Source of the DNA: an uncultured virus (IMG/VR IMGVR_UViG_3300023371_000084)
Lineage: Duplodnaviria > Heunggongvirae > Uroviricota > Caudoviricetes
Strand: one strand, 5' to 3'
Virus record (IMG/VR): IMGVR_UViG_3300023371_000084
DNA length: 20,000 nt
Shown: positions 1-9,568 of the stretch, one piece after another
How positions within the stretch are numbered: position 1 is the stretch's first letter
Layout of the letters: every line of letters begins with the position of its first letter
The notes under the pieces: generated by a model
Told to the model about the DNA's origin: nothing
What the model saw: only the letters and a program-made list of their open reading frames with translations
Databases searched by the model: none
Translations under genes and position numbers: made by a program

Positions 1-3
1 TGC

Positions 4-792
4 TTGGTGCGGGAGTATAAGCGATATAGAATTGAATATCAGAATGCTCATAGAGCAATGCAGCGTTTATGTATGATGTGTGACATCTACTATGACGCTG
101 CTTTATTTGATAATTGTTATGACGACGATGATACCATTGTTGGAAACTATATCAAGAAAACGAACATCCGGCAATACAAAGGCAGAACCTTTGATACGAC
201 CATTCATGAAAGTGGTCTATATTTTACTGGCGAACAGTCAAACGATGTGCCAGACGAAAACGGCGAAGGAAAAGAAACGCCAATTGATCCAAGGCTGATT
301 GAAAAATGGGGAGCTGGTCTGACGCAAATGGACTATGACTTGCTTGAAAACCATTATAGACAAATCAAGTCTTCCAATCCGAAATGCGATAACAACCAAG
401 AGCTTTTCATCTTTGACCTGTGCTACACAAAGATGCAGCAGATGAAAGCTATCAGGGAAAACCGCGTTGATGATTACAACAAAATGACGGAGTTGTACAG
501 AAAGACTTTCTCGCAAGCCGGACTGAAAACTGTTCAGGAAACCAGCAGCAATAACGAAGACTGCTGGGGTATCTGGCAAGCGAGAATTGCTCAATACACA
601 CCCGAAGAATACTATAAGAACAAGAAGCTGTATAAAGATTTTGACGGAATTGGCGATTATATGGAGCGCTTTATTTTGAGGCCGCTTCGCAATCTGATGT
701 TTGGTACGCAGGATCGTGACCCGGAATTCTGTGTGCATGACGACACTGAGGAAAACGACGATGTTGACTCAGACACAGAAGACACGCTATAA
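4..792 (+). CDS. Probable terminase small subunit (SPbeta-like), probably 5'-truncated by the window edge
   Basis: Open frame from the window edge with an acidic C-terminus. It lies directly upstream of, and overlaps, the large terminase. The call rests mainly on synteny. Confidence 0.6.
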   Translation: MVREYKRYRIEYQNAHRAMQRLCMMCDIYYDAALFDNCYDDDDTIVGNYIKKTNIRQYKGRTFDTTIHESGLYFTGEQSNDVPDENGEGKETPIDPRLIEKWGAGLTQMDYDLLENHYRQIKSSNPKCDNNQELFIFDLCYTKMQQMKAIRENRVDDYNKMTELYRKTFSQAGLKTVQETSSNNEDCWGIWQARIAQYTPEEYYKNKKLYKDFDGIGDYMERFILRPLRNLMFGTQDRDPEFCVHDDTEENDDVDSDTEDTL

Positions 793-2593
793 GAGCAGAC
801 ATGCCGATGAACGTCAAAAGGAGCTATACACAAAGTTTCCAAGCAACAGCTTTCTTGGAAATGAACAGAATATGGATCACGTATTCCTTTGGAATACGTT
901 CTTCAGACGGAACCTGCATCGGTTTGCGATAGATTTTCTAGGCATTAACCTTCATTGGTATCAGGCAATTTTGCTTTATATGATGGGTATATGTCAGTTT
1001 ATCGTGATTATCGCAAGCCGTGCTTCGGCGAAGTCTTTTATTATTGCCTTGTATGCGTGTTGCCGATGTATCACGCGGCCATATTCGAAAATCGTGCTTG
1101 CAAGCGCAACAAAGGGACAATCAAAGTTGATTGTCTCAGAAAAGATACAAAACGAGCTTATGGGCTTATCCCCCATGCTTCGCAGAGAAATCTCTAGGAT
1201 TAAAGACAATCAGAATGAGGTTATTGTGTATTTCAGGAATCACAGTACGATTACGGTTGTTCCTGCAAGTGAAAATGGTCGTGGTTATCGTTCAAATGCG
1301 GTTATCCGTGAAGAGTTCAGACAAATACTGAAATCTATTGACGATAGCATCCTATCCCCCTTCCAGACGGTCAGACAGGCTCCTTATATGACAGATGAGT
1401 TCTATGCGAGCATGCCGGAAATTCAGGAAGAACCCGTTGATATCTACATCAGCTCAAGCTGGATTGATAACGGGCATTGGATGTGGAAGATCGTTGATCA
1501 GGCGTTTGGCGACATGCTTGCTGAAAAGAACGGATGTCTTCTAGCCTTTGACGAGAGCATTACGCTCAAGCATAACATCCGCACAATGAAGCAGATGCAG
1601 AAGGAAAAGAAGAAACAAGACCCGCTTACATGGCGTATCGAGTTCTTGAATGAGCGTGTCAAAGAAAACGAGCATGCTTTCTTTACCTATTCGATGCTTC
1701 AGGAGAATCAGCGGCTTGAACGCCCATTCTATCCAAGAGCAACGCTTGATTATCGAATTGGAAAGAAAAATCCATACGCAATTGCTAAACAGACTGGCGA
1801 AATTCGTATTGTTTCCTGCGATATGGCGTTTATCGAAAACAAGAGAAACGATAATTCTGTTTTCTCCTGTATGCGCTTGTTACCGGAGCGCGTAACGCAT
1901 CAGCGTGAGTCCTCCAGCGACATCATCATTGATAACGGATATCGAAGGGTTGTACCTTATATCGAATCTGTGCAAGGCGGAGAAACGCTGAAACAAGCAA
2001 TTCGTATCAGGCAATTGTTTGAGGATTTCGATGCCGATTACATTGTACTGGATACAAGAAACGCAGGTGTGGCGATCTATGACATGCTTGCAAAAATCAT
2101 GTACGATAAAGAGCGCGATTGCGAATATTCCCCTCTTGTTTGTATGAATGATGACACGTTTGCAAACAGAATTAAGATTGAGGGCGCGAACCCGTGCATA
2201 TTCGTTGTTAATGCTTCTCAGAAAATGAACAGCGATATCGCTCAAGACTTCAGACGTGTGCTAACTGAACATCTCATTGATCTTCTTGTTGGATTTGATC
2301 GAGCAAGCGAAGAGATACTTCCAAACTATAAGGAGTACATTTCTTCCTCTGATCCGAATGTGCAATTCTTCTATGAAACGCCATTCCTTGAAACACAGGA
2401 GTTAATTAGTGAGACGGCTTCGCTTACATACGAAAAGAAGGAGCAGACGGGAGCAATCGTCATTAGAGAGGCTGGCGCAAACCGAAAAGACCGTTACACG
2501 TCTTGCAGTTACGGTTCTTATTTTGCTTCACTTCTTGAAAAAGATTTGATTTCAAATAATGACGAGTACGAATACGAAGTGCTCATTAACTGA
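761..2593 (+). CDS. terL: Phage terminase large subunit
   Basis: Walker A-like IASRASAKS, GRGYRS..VIREEF (Walker B), ISSS motif III, and nuclease acidic motifs SCDMAF, LDTRNAG, RKDRYTS. ATG at 761 (GAGG at 748-751) preferred over the track start at 701. Confidence 0.92.
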   Translation: MLTQTQKTRYKSRHADERQKELYTKFPSNSFLGNEQNMDHVFLWNTFFRRNLHRFAIDFLGINLHWYQAILLYMMGICQFIVIIASRASAKSFIIALYACCRCITRPYSKIVLASATKGQSKLIVSEKIQNELMGLSPMLRREISRIKDNQNEVIVYFRNHSTITVVPASENGRGYRSNAVIREEFRQILKSIDDSILSPFQTVRQAPYMTDEFYASMPEIQEEPVDIYISSSWIDNGHWMWKIVDQAFGDMLAEKNGCLLAFDESITLKHNIRTMKQMQKEKKKQDPLTWRIEFLNERVKENEHAFFTYSMLQENQRLERPFYPRATLDYRIGKKNPYAIAKQTGEIRIVSCDMAFIENKRNDNSVFSCMRLLPERVTHQRESSSDIIIDNGYRRVVPYIESVQGGETLKQAIRIRQLFEDFDADYIVLDTRNAGVAIYDMLAKIMYDKERDCEYSPLVCMNDDTFANRIKIEGANPCIFVVNASQKMNSDIAQDFRRVLTEHLIDLLVGFDRASEEILPNYKEYISSSDPNVQFFYETPFLETQELISETASLTYEKKEQTGAIVIREAGANRKDRYTSCSYGSYFASLLEKDLISNNDEYEYEVLIN

Positions 2594-2604
2594 AAAGGAG
2601 GGCT

Positions 2605-4269
2605 ATGCCAATGGGAAACACAAATTCATCCGCATCGCGGACTCAGAGGAATCGTCCTCCGAAACGCTATGCAAATAAACAAGCACAAAACGCGACGCAG
2701 GTTGATGACAAGACAAATGAGTTTTGCTCTATGTCAACTTCGCAGAGCCGTTCTATGTGCTATTTCGGACTCAATATCTTTGATCTATATTCGCAGGAAG
2801 CACTTGCGGCTCTAGTCAAAGATCCAATTAACAACAACCAGATTTTGCGTGAAATATCGCTAATCCTATATGGAAGCAATGGCACATATACAAACACCGT
2901 TGACTATATGACGGCTCTGCCAACGCTGGATAAGGTTGTTGTGTCACATGGCAAAAACGAGAATAAGAAGAAACGCAACAAAGAATTGATGGCCTCTACG
3001 CTTAGAACGATTAAAGATAAAGAAATTATTCGTGATGCGCTATTCAGGGGTATGGTTGAAGGTGTTGCGTTTTATTACTTTGAAACCACAGCACGCCCAT
3101 ATTCCAGCAGAAAAACGATGAGCGATTACGATGTGGACTGCATTACGGAGATCAATGAGCTTGGCATTAATGCAAGCATCATTTCCCTGCCAACCGACTA
3201 CACGCGAATTGTTGGTATCAAGAATTCATCTTATGTTCTTGCATTTAACCTTGATTACTTTGACTTGGCCACTGGAGAGTCCACTGAAAACAAGCTAAGA
3301 AAATATCCAAAGGAGATCAGGGACGCATACCACAACCGAAGGAATAATCGGAATAAGAATGACAACGGCAATTGGGTTGTCCTAGATAATGCACATACCA
3401 TTACACATAAGATTCGCTCAAAACGTGAAGAGCCATACGGAAGACCGCTTGTGCTTGCTGCGATCACAGACATTTTGTACCGTGATTATTTTACGGACAC
3501 AAAGAGAAGCGTGCTTGACGAGATCAACAATAGAATTGTTTACCAGACTTTCCCAGAAGGTAAAGAAAAAGGTACGTCCGCGCTGACTAAGCAACAGCAG
3601 CAGGCTCAGCATACGGCTGTTCGCGGTGCTGTTATGACAAAGAATAATCGCGGAGGCACTTCCTTCTTCTCTGTTGCTGCTGGCACAAAGATTAATGCGC
3701 TTGACACATCAAACACGGACATCTTTGATGAGAAGTATGAGTCCGATCTTGACAACAAGATTGCGTTGGCGCTTGGCTTTGCTGGCAATGCCCTATCTGG
3801 CACTGGAAGCGGAAGCTATTCAGCACAGGAAAGTAACCTTGAATTGGTCACATCACAAATTCTGCAATGGATTGAGCAGATTGAAAGCGAATTGAACAAA
3901 TGTATCAATTCGAGCATTATTAAAGATAAGGCCAATTGGGTTGAGTGCAAGTATCTGCCCATTACGCATATCAACAAGAAATCAATGGTTGGATATGCTA
4001 AAGAGCTTTACCTTCAGGGCTGTGGCAGTTTGTCTCTTTGGAGCGCTGCATGCGGCATTCAGCCCGAAATCTTCTACTCCATGCTTGATGAGGAAATTGA
4101 GGCTGGAATCTATGAAAAGTATAAACCGCATCAAACGAGTTTCACAATGTCTGGGCAGAACGGAGAAAACAAAGGTGGCCGTCCGATAACGGATAATCCA
4201 TCAGAAAAAACCGTTCAATCCAGAAGCAATCACGGAAATGCGCTGCCTAGTCCAAGTGACAACAGGTAG
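2605..4269 (+). CDS. Phage portal protein
   Basis: 554 aa directly after terL, with a strong RBS (AAAGGAGG). Contains a PYGRP motif and a low-complexity C-terminal GGRP tail typical of portals. Confidence 0.85.
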   Translation: MPMGNTNSSASRTQRNRPPKRYANKQAQNATQVDDKTNEFCSMSTSQSRSMCYFGLNIFDLYSQEALAALVKDPINNNQILREISLILYGSNGTYTNTVDYMTALPTLDKVVVSHGKNENKKKRNKELMASTLRTIKDKEIIRDALFRGMVEGVAFYYFETTARPYSSRKTMSDYDVDCITEINELGINASIISLPTDYTRIVGIKNSSYVLAFNLDYFDLATGESTENKLRKYPKEIRDAYHNRRNNRNKNDNGNWVVLDNAHTITHKIRSKREEPYGRPLVLAAITDILYRDYFTDTKRSVLDEINNRIVYQTFPEGKEKGTSALTKQQQQAQHTAVRGAVMTKNNRGGTSFFSVAAGTKINALDTSNTDIFDEKYESDLDNKIALALGFAGNALSGTGSGSYSAQESNLELVTSQILQWIEQIESELNKCINSSIIKDKANWVECKYLPITHINKKSMVGYAKELYLQGCGSLSLWSAACGIQPEIFYSMLDEEIEAGIYEKYKPHQTSFTMSGQNGENKGGRPITDNPSEKTVQSRSNHGNALPSPSDNR

Positions 4270-4305
4270 TGCATTTTATATTGCATAAGAATGAGGTGAT
4301 TGATT

Positions 4306-5208
4306 ATGGCGGTTAATGGTATCGTCGGCGCGAACTATTTGCTGACGAGAGTTGGAAATTCTTATGATGATGAAGACTGTGTGCATGCTGTTGTCATCAA
4401 TTTAATTCGGAATTGCGCTGGCGGTAATTCAACATATCGCACTGCAGGATGCACTGAATTATGGAATTCATTTACGAAATACAAACCGGGAAACAAATAC
4501 CATCACATTGTAAGCCGCAAGACGCTTGCAGAGGCCAAAGAAGAAGGTTTGCTGATTGGCGATCTGCCTGTTATCTATAATGCCTCAACTGGAAAATGTG
4601 AGCATATTGCCTACTATATGGGCGGCATTGGAGGCTATGAGTGTATCCACAGCAGTGCCACCAAGGGAGAGGTTTGTGGCACGATGCTTAAAAACGGTTT
4701 TACGCATGTGCTCAGGCACCGCGACATCATCGGCGTTTTGACAGATGGTGTATCAAATGAAGCGAATCATGATGATGTGATGGATATCCTGATTCCTGAT
4801 GAAAGAAATGAGGATATCAATATGAATATTTTGTACTATGCAAAAGTTGCAACGAATGGCGGTGCTTTGAATTTACGTTCAAGCGCCAAGAAAGCAAACA
4901 ATATTGTTTGTGAAATCCCGTTTGGCACAGAGCTTCCTGTGTATTCCACCACCGCTGATGGTTGGACTCAGGTGAGCTATAACGGAGCATATGGTTATGT
5001 ATCAAGCGGCTATTTGATGCATTCACGCAATGCCGAAGATGCTCCCGTGAACGCCGATAGCGGCGACAATGAAGCTCCGATTGAGCAGCATACCGGGTTT
5101 GGCGGAACTTGGGGCGTGTTTATTCCATGCTCAACTAAGCTCTCTGCAAACTCGCTTGCTAATCACTTTGCCAATGGCGAGGTTATCAAGGTAAAACTTG
5201 GTGACTAA
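4306..5208 (+). CDS. Cell-wall hydrolase / endolysin: NlpC/P60-like peptidase plus bacterial SH3 (SH3b) domain
   Basis: DC(V), HIAYYMG and CIHSS give a Cys-His-His pattern. ALNLRSSA...GWTQVSYNGAYGYVSSGYL is an SH3b signature. RBS GAGGTG precedes ATG 4306. Confidence 0.75.
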   Translation: MAVNGIVGANYLLTRVGNSYDDEDCVHAVVINLIRNCAGGNSTYRTAGCTELWNSFTKYKPGNKYHHIVSRKTLAEAKEEGLLIGDLPVIYNASTGKCEHIAYYMGGIGGYECIHSSATKGEVCGTMLKNGFTHVLRHRDIIGVLTDGVSNEANHDDVMDILIPDERNEDINMNILYYAKVATNGGALNLRSSAKKANNIVCEIPFGTELPVYSTTADGWTQVSYNGAYGYVSSGYLMHSRNAEDAPVNADSGDNEAPIEQHTGFGGTWGVFIPCSTKLSANSLANHFANGEVIKVKLGD

Positions 5209-5229
5209 TCCATTATGGAGGTTGCCAAG

Positions 5230-5481
5230 ATGAACACAAATGGCAAGTATGTCCAGTATAGCAAACGAGTTGTCAGCATTGCTGGCATCGCATATTTGAT
5301 TCAGCTCATTGCAACAATTACGCTAGTGTGCGTATACAACTACGCAGCGAGTGCATTGCTGGATATTCTGGCGACGACAACCGGATTGGTTGGCGTAATC
5401 TTTGGATGCTATACGGGTAATTCTGCTGCTGAAAAGTATATTAGAAATAAGGCAGCAACAAACCTTAGTCCTTCTGGCTGA
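5230..5481 (+). CDS. Holin-like small membrane protein (2 predicted TM segments)
   Basis: Two hydrophobic stretches (VVSIAGIAYLIQLIATITLVCVY and LLDILATTTGLVGVIFGCY) and a basic C-terminus. It follows the hydrolase, with GGAGG before ATG 5230. Confidence 0.6.
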   Translation: MNTNGKYVQYSKRVVSIAGIAYLIQLIATITLVCVYNYAASALLDILATTTGLVGVIFGCYTGNSAAEKYIRNKAATNLSPSG

Positions 5482-5552
5482 TGAAATATCAGTTTTATCT
5501 TGAAGGATTCATGATGATTTGAAGTGTGTATGCACTTCTACCCCACTGTAAT

Positions 5553-5578
5553 AAGAGGGCAACATATGCCCTCTTTTT
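5553..5578 (+). terminator. Intrinsic terminator-like hairpin after the lysis pair
   Basis: AAGAGGGCA (5553-5561) / TGCCCTCTT (5567-5575), running into a T tract. Confidence 0.65.
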
Positions 5579-5612
5579 ATATACAGATTTTTGACGGAAG
5601 GTGGTGAGAAGA

Positions 5613-6797
5613 TTGAAAACATTTGAGCTATCTAAAAGAAATACAAAAAATGGACGAAGAAAATTCAAAATTGTCCTTTGTGAAGTATTTCATGAAGACA
5701 CGATTGACGAAGAGAATCAGGTTGGAACCAAGTACAACCGAAACGGCATTTCGTGGATTGAACCGTATGTTCGGGCGCATTTGGATACGATTCCCGGCAT
5801 GTTCCTGCGAGCGGAATTTTTGGACGAGGATCGTACTGAGCTAAACGGACATGGCGAGACAGGCTTTGAAGATGGTATGCCGGTTTTTGAAAACGCTGTT
5901 GATATCGGTACATTTACTAAAGGGTACATCGAAGATGTTGAAACGGAAGACGGCGTAAAGATGTATTGCATCGGCGAAGGTGAGATTGACGCAGCGTGTT
6001 ACAACAAGTTCGTCAAGAAGCTGGACAAAGATATTTCAAGCGGATCTCCACCTTACGGAAGCGTTGAAATTTTAAAGACCGACGATAACGATGCAATTGT
6101 TTACAAATATGGATATGTGCCTGAAGGCCGTATCCCGGTTGAGTTCCAATTCTCCGGTTACGCATTGCTTGGCGTTCAGCCAGCAGATGATGCGGCATAT
6201 ATCGTCGAGCTGAATAATGAGAACAAGGAGGATGCCACTACTATGACTGAGGCTGAGATTAAAGAGCTGGTTGCTCAGACCGTGAATGAAGTGTCTGCGC
6301 ATACAAGCGAAATGAATAAGTGCAAGGAAGAGTGTGAAGCCAAGATCAGCGAAGCGAATGCTACCGTTGAAGAGGCTACTGCAAATGTTGCTAAGCTTGA
6401 AGCTGCACTTGATGAGTGCAAGAAGGAGCTTGGCGAAAAGTATGAGGAGATTGATAAGCTCTACAAGGAGCTTGATGAGCTCCGCGAAATGCTTGCGAAA
6501 GCAAGGGCTAAAGAGCGCGTTGGCGAGCTGAATGAGGCTATTAAGGAATTCTCTGAGGAAGAGAAGCAGTATGCTCAGGCCGAGATTGATGCGTTCAATA
6601 GCGACCCGGTGAATTCCGAGATTAATTCTGTTGTGAATAGGATCTGGGAAGGTATCGGCAAGAAGTCTAAGGCTGATGCAGAGAAGCAGGCAGCTATCGT
6701 TGCCGAGCAGAATGCGGCTTCCGCTGCTGAGATTGAAGATATTTTCAGTGAAGTGAGCGCACCCGTTGCGAACACGGAAGATGAGAACATTTTCTAA
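5613..6797 (+). CDS. Prohead protease / scaffold fusion protein
   Basis: N-terminal globular domain with a GHGETG motif and GSVEI, followed by a long acidic coiled-coil C-terminus. Located between portal and capsid genes. Start is TTG 5613 (AAGGTGGTGA upstream) or GTG 5601. Confidence 0.75.
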   Translation: MKTFELSKRNTKNGRRKFKIVLCEVFHEDTIDEENQVGTKYNRNGISWIEPYVRAHLDTIPGMFLRAEFLDEDRTELNGHGETGFEDGMPVFENAVDIGTFTKGYIEDVETEDGVKMYCIGEGEIDAACYNKFVKKLDKDISSGSPPYGSVEILKTDDNDAIVYKYGYVPEGRIPVEFQFSGYALLGVQPADDAAYIVELNNENKEDATTMTEAEIKELVAQTVNEVSAHTSEMNKCKEECEAKISEANATVEEATANVAKLEAALDECKKELGEKYEEIDKLYKELDELREMLAKARAKERVGELNEAIKEFSEEEKQYAQAEIDAFNSDPVNSEINSVVNRIWEGIGKKSKADAEKQAAIVAEQNAASAAEIEDIFSEVSAPVANTEDENIF

Positions 6798-6822
6798 ATG
6801 AACGAAAGGAAGGACAAACAAT

Positions 6823-7251
6823 ATGATTAAAGTTGAAACTCTTGGCATGATCGATGTTGCCAAGATTAATCCCGTTCTGAAGGCGGAAAAGGCCGTGAAG
6901 AACTATTCATTTCTGACTGATAATGAAATCGTTTATCTGATTTCTAATACTGTTGTCGGCGACAATGCTTACAACAAGGATGTGGTTTTTGCTGCTGGCG
7001 AATACCTGAATGGTTATGAGGTTGCCATGTGGAAGAACCAGAAGCTCGTTATTGATGAAGAGCACATTGCCTATGCTGAGGGCAAGAGCTATGCGGATCT
7101 TGAGGCTGGCGTTTCCATGCTGACCATCAATGAGGATGGCACTCTGGCTGTTGCCGATGCTGCGCCTGCGAGTGGCGTGTACTTTGTCGTGACCGATAAG
7201 GTTATGCTGACTGGCAAGGCTGTTAAAGCCCGCGTCATGATTGCTGGCTAA
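6823..7251 (+). CDS. Probable capsid decoration / head structural protein
   Basis: 142 aa, beta-rich, immediately before the major capsid gene. Strong RBS and the same biased codon usage as the capsid gene. Confidence 0.6.
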   Translation: MIKVETLGMIDVAKINPVLKAEKAVKNYSFLTDNEIVYLISNTVVGDNAYNKDVVFAAGEYLNGYEVAMWKNQKLVIDEEHIAYAEGKSYADLEAGVSMLTINEDGTLAVADAAPASGVYFVVTDKVMLTGKAVKARVMIAG

Positions 7252-7281
7252 TTGAATACATAGGAAGGATGGCATACAATT

Positions 7282-8382
7282 ATGAATACTTTTGAACTAA
7301 ACAATGTCCGCAAGGATGCCGAGGCGTTCAACGGCAAGTTCTCCAAGCAGTCTCCCGTTGTTGAGATTTTCTCTGCGATGGTGAATGGCGAGAATCTTGA
7401 CCGCTTTGGCAAGGCTGCGGATAAGGCTGTTGCCTATATTAAGGAGCTTGGCTCCCGTTCCGAGAATGGTGACTTCTCTGCTGTTGCGGAGCTGAACACC
7501 CTGCGTCGTTTTGTGATTGAGGCTCCGGTCATGGAAGAGCTGAAGCTGCTTGGCATTTTCGGTTCTTACAAGAATGTTGGTTATGATGAGACCATCGAGC
7601 GTGAGATTTACACCCATGTTGGCGAGCGCTCCCGTGAGCAGGCTGCGAGCGGCGATGTCGTGTTCCCGGCCATTCACAAGGAAATCTATCAGGTTCCGAC
7701 CTTCACGGTTTCCGGCGGCTATGCTGTGGATTACCGTCGTGTCGCGCTGGGCGATATGTCCAAGGAGAACGAGGGCGTTGCTCAGGTGAAGACTGACATT
7801 ATGAACCGTGCAAAGCTGGCGATTATCAACCGCGTGTACAATGCGATCAAGAACGCTTCTGGCGTGAAGTATATGTATGAGGGTGCTGGCCTGACTAAGA
7901 CTGGCGTTGACGACGTGCTGGGCAAGGTTCGCCGCAATGGACGTCCGACCGTTATCGGTGATTATGCGCTGATTTCTCAGTTCACTCCTTGGGCTGGCTA
8001 TGTTGGCAACATCAACAACAATGTTATCACTGGCATTTCCGAGAAGGTTATGAACGAGCTGGCGCAGAACGGCACCCTGTCTATGTACAATGGCGCTGTG
8101 CTGTCTGAGATGCCGAACCCGTACAACTTCTACGAGATGAACGAAGCTGGCGACAACTTCAAGACCCTGCTTCCGGCTGGCCTTGGCTTTGTCGTGCCGA
8201 CTGGCGTGCAGTCTCCGATTGCGACCTATTCTCGCGGTGGTCTGACTTCCTGCACTGGCACCGATGTCAAGAGCGGCAAGATCATGACTCGCTTCGACGT
8301 TGAGGTTGGTTGTGACGTTGCGAAGGGTCACGAGCACAAGATTGGTATGATTTACGATACCAACGTTGGCGGCCTGAAGTAA
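7282..8382 (+). CDS. Major capsid protein
   Basis: 366 aa after the scaffold and decoration genes, with strongly biased codon usage (CTG, AAG, GGC, CGT) and a downstream hairpin. Confidence 0.88.
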   Translation: MNTFELNNVRKDAEAFNGKFSKQSPVVEIFSAMVNGENLDRFGKAADKAVAYIKELGSRSENGDFSAVAELNTLRRFVIEAPVMEELKLLGIFGSYKNVGYDETIEREIYTHVGERSREQAASGDVVFPAIHKEIYQVPTFTVSGGYAVDYRRVALGDMSKENEGVAQVKTDIMNRAKLAIINRVYNAIKNASGVKYMYEGAGLTKTGVDDVLGKVRRNGRPTVIGDYALISQFTPWAGYVGNINNNVITGISEKVMNELAQNGTLSMYNGAVLSEMPNPYNFYEMNEAGDNFKTLLPAGLGFVVPTGVQSPIATYSRGGLTSCTGTDVKSGKIMTRFDVEVGCDVAKGHEHKIGMIYDTNVGGLK

Positions 8383-8391
8383 AAAATATAC

Positions 8392-8420
8392 GCGGGGTAT
8401 ATTTCGGTATACCCCGCTTT
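8392..8420 (+). terminator. Hairpin / terminator after the major capsid gene
   Basis: GCGGGGTATA (8392-8401) / TATACCCCGC (8408-8417), followed by TTT. Confidence 0.7.
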
Positions 8421-8438
8421 CCCTATAAGGTGATAGTT

Positions 8439-8627
8439 ATGGAAATAGAAAAACCTTTCTACTGCTATTCCTTGAGGCTATTTCACTATTTGTCTGCGTT
8501 TGGAGAGAAATGCCATTCGTCCAAGATTAACGGCAATAGCGGAAAACGTTATTGGGTTTTTTCAAAATCGAAGAGGCTGGATGACATTATTGCATCCTAT
8601 AATGCAGAGAAATATCGTTTTAGTTGA
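8439..8627 (+). CDS. Small phage protein, DUF5659-like
   Basis: 62 aa with pattern FYCYSLRL...GKRYWVF..S..LDDII..Y and RBS AAGGTGA. Family assignment is from memory of the pattern, not a search. Confidence 0.55.
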   Translation: MEIEKPFYCYSLRLFHYLSAFGEKCHSSKINGNSGKRYWVFSKSKRLDDIIASYNAEKYRFS

Positions 8628-8660
8628 TATCAATACATTAGTTGAAATGAGGAATCAATT

Positions 8661-9149
8661 ATGGAAGAGATTACCAAGCAAGAAGAGTTGAACCTTGATA
8701 CAAAGGTTACGATTCGAAATATCGCCGGATGGACGGTTGGCTTTGCCCGTATCGTTGAAAATCATGGCGATGTGAGCATTGTTGCAGACGGCAGCGTGAG
8801 GCTGTCACGAAATGAGATTATTGCTCAAGTTCAGAATGGCAACAAGCTATTTTGCGGAATTGATGGAAATGGCAGTCATGCCACAATTTTCATTGATGAT
8901 GCGCAAACCCGTGTTTATCTCGATTTTGACAGCGAAGACGGAAAGCGCAAGCAGAACATCTTTACTGATGTAAAGGTGAAGACGCTGTTTGATATGAAGA
9001 AGCAGGCTGACTTTGAAAAGAAATTTGTCGAAGAGATCACGACAAGGGCTGAGAAGTATGCTGTTATGCAGGCGATCAAGCGGCTCAATCTCAACGATTT
9101 CAGCAAAATCCGATTTGCGGAGAAGCACACGGGATACAGAATGGATTAA
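8661..9149 (+). CDS. Hypothetical phage protein of the head-tail region
   Basis: 162-aa ORF with RBS GAGG, co-oriented in the operon. Confidence 0.7.
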   Translation: MEEITKQEELNLDTKVTIRNIAGWTVGFARIVENHGDVSIVADGSVRLSRNEIIAQVQNGNKLFCGIDGNGSHATIFIDDAQTRVYLDFDSEDGKRKQNIFTDVKVKTLFDMKKQADFEKKFVEEITTRAEKYAVMQAIKRLNLNDFSKIRFAEKHTGYRMD

Positions 9150-9161
9150 GGGGTGTAGCCG

Positions 9162-9554
9162 ATGGTGAACACTACTGCAATGGATGTTTTCAGAAGCTTT
9201 GAAGCATCTTTCAGAGATAAGAGCGTTGTGCCGGAAGAGCTAATGCTTGAATGGCTGCATAAAGCAATCGGAAGATACTCTATTGAGCTTGAGCCATTGG
9301 CTTTTGACGAGGACATCCTGTGTTTTGATTGCAAGCTTGATCGGTATGTAATTGACACGTTAGCTGCATTTATGAAGCAATCCTATCAGGAACGCGAAGT
9401 ATCAAAGGTAAACAAGCGTGTATCTATTGTGAGTAAGGATATCAGTATTGATGGCAATAACGGATCAAAGACTGCGGCAAAAAATGAGCTTGATTACGAT
9501 TGCAGCAAGTCCGAGCAGATGATTGCTAATCAGATGCCTACTGCATATGTATAA
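9162..9554 (+). CDS. Putative head-tail adaptor protein
   Basis: 130 aa, helical, at the adaptor position after the capsid genes. Function inferred from synteny. Confidence 0.55.
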   Translation: MVNTTAMDVFRSFEASFRDKSVVPEELMLEWLHKAIGRYSIELEPLAFDEDILCFDCKLDRYVIDTLAAFMKQSYQEREVSKVNKRVSIVSKDISIDGNNGSKTAAKNELDYDCSKSEQMIANQMPTAYV

Positions 9555-9568
9555 GGCGGTGCATCTTA

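Noticed and set aside
6072..6863. 263-aa minus-strand ORF opposite the protease/scaffold gene
   Set aside because: Leu/Phe-rich mirror of a Glu/Lys-rich coiled coil, so a shadow ORF.
7297..8337. 346-aa minus-strand ORF opposite the major capsid gene
   Set aside because: Shadow ORF produced by the strong codon bias of the capsid gene. No RBS or recognisable motifs.
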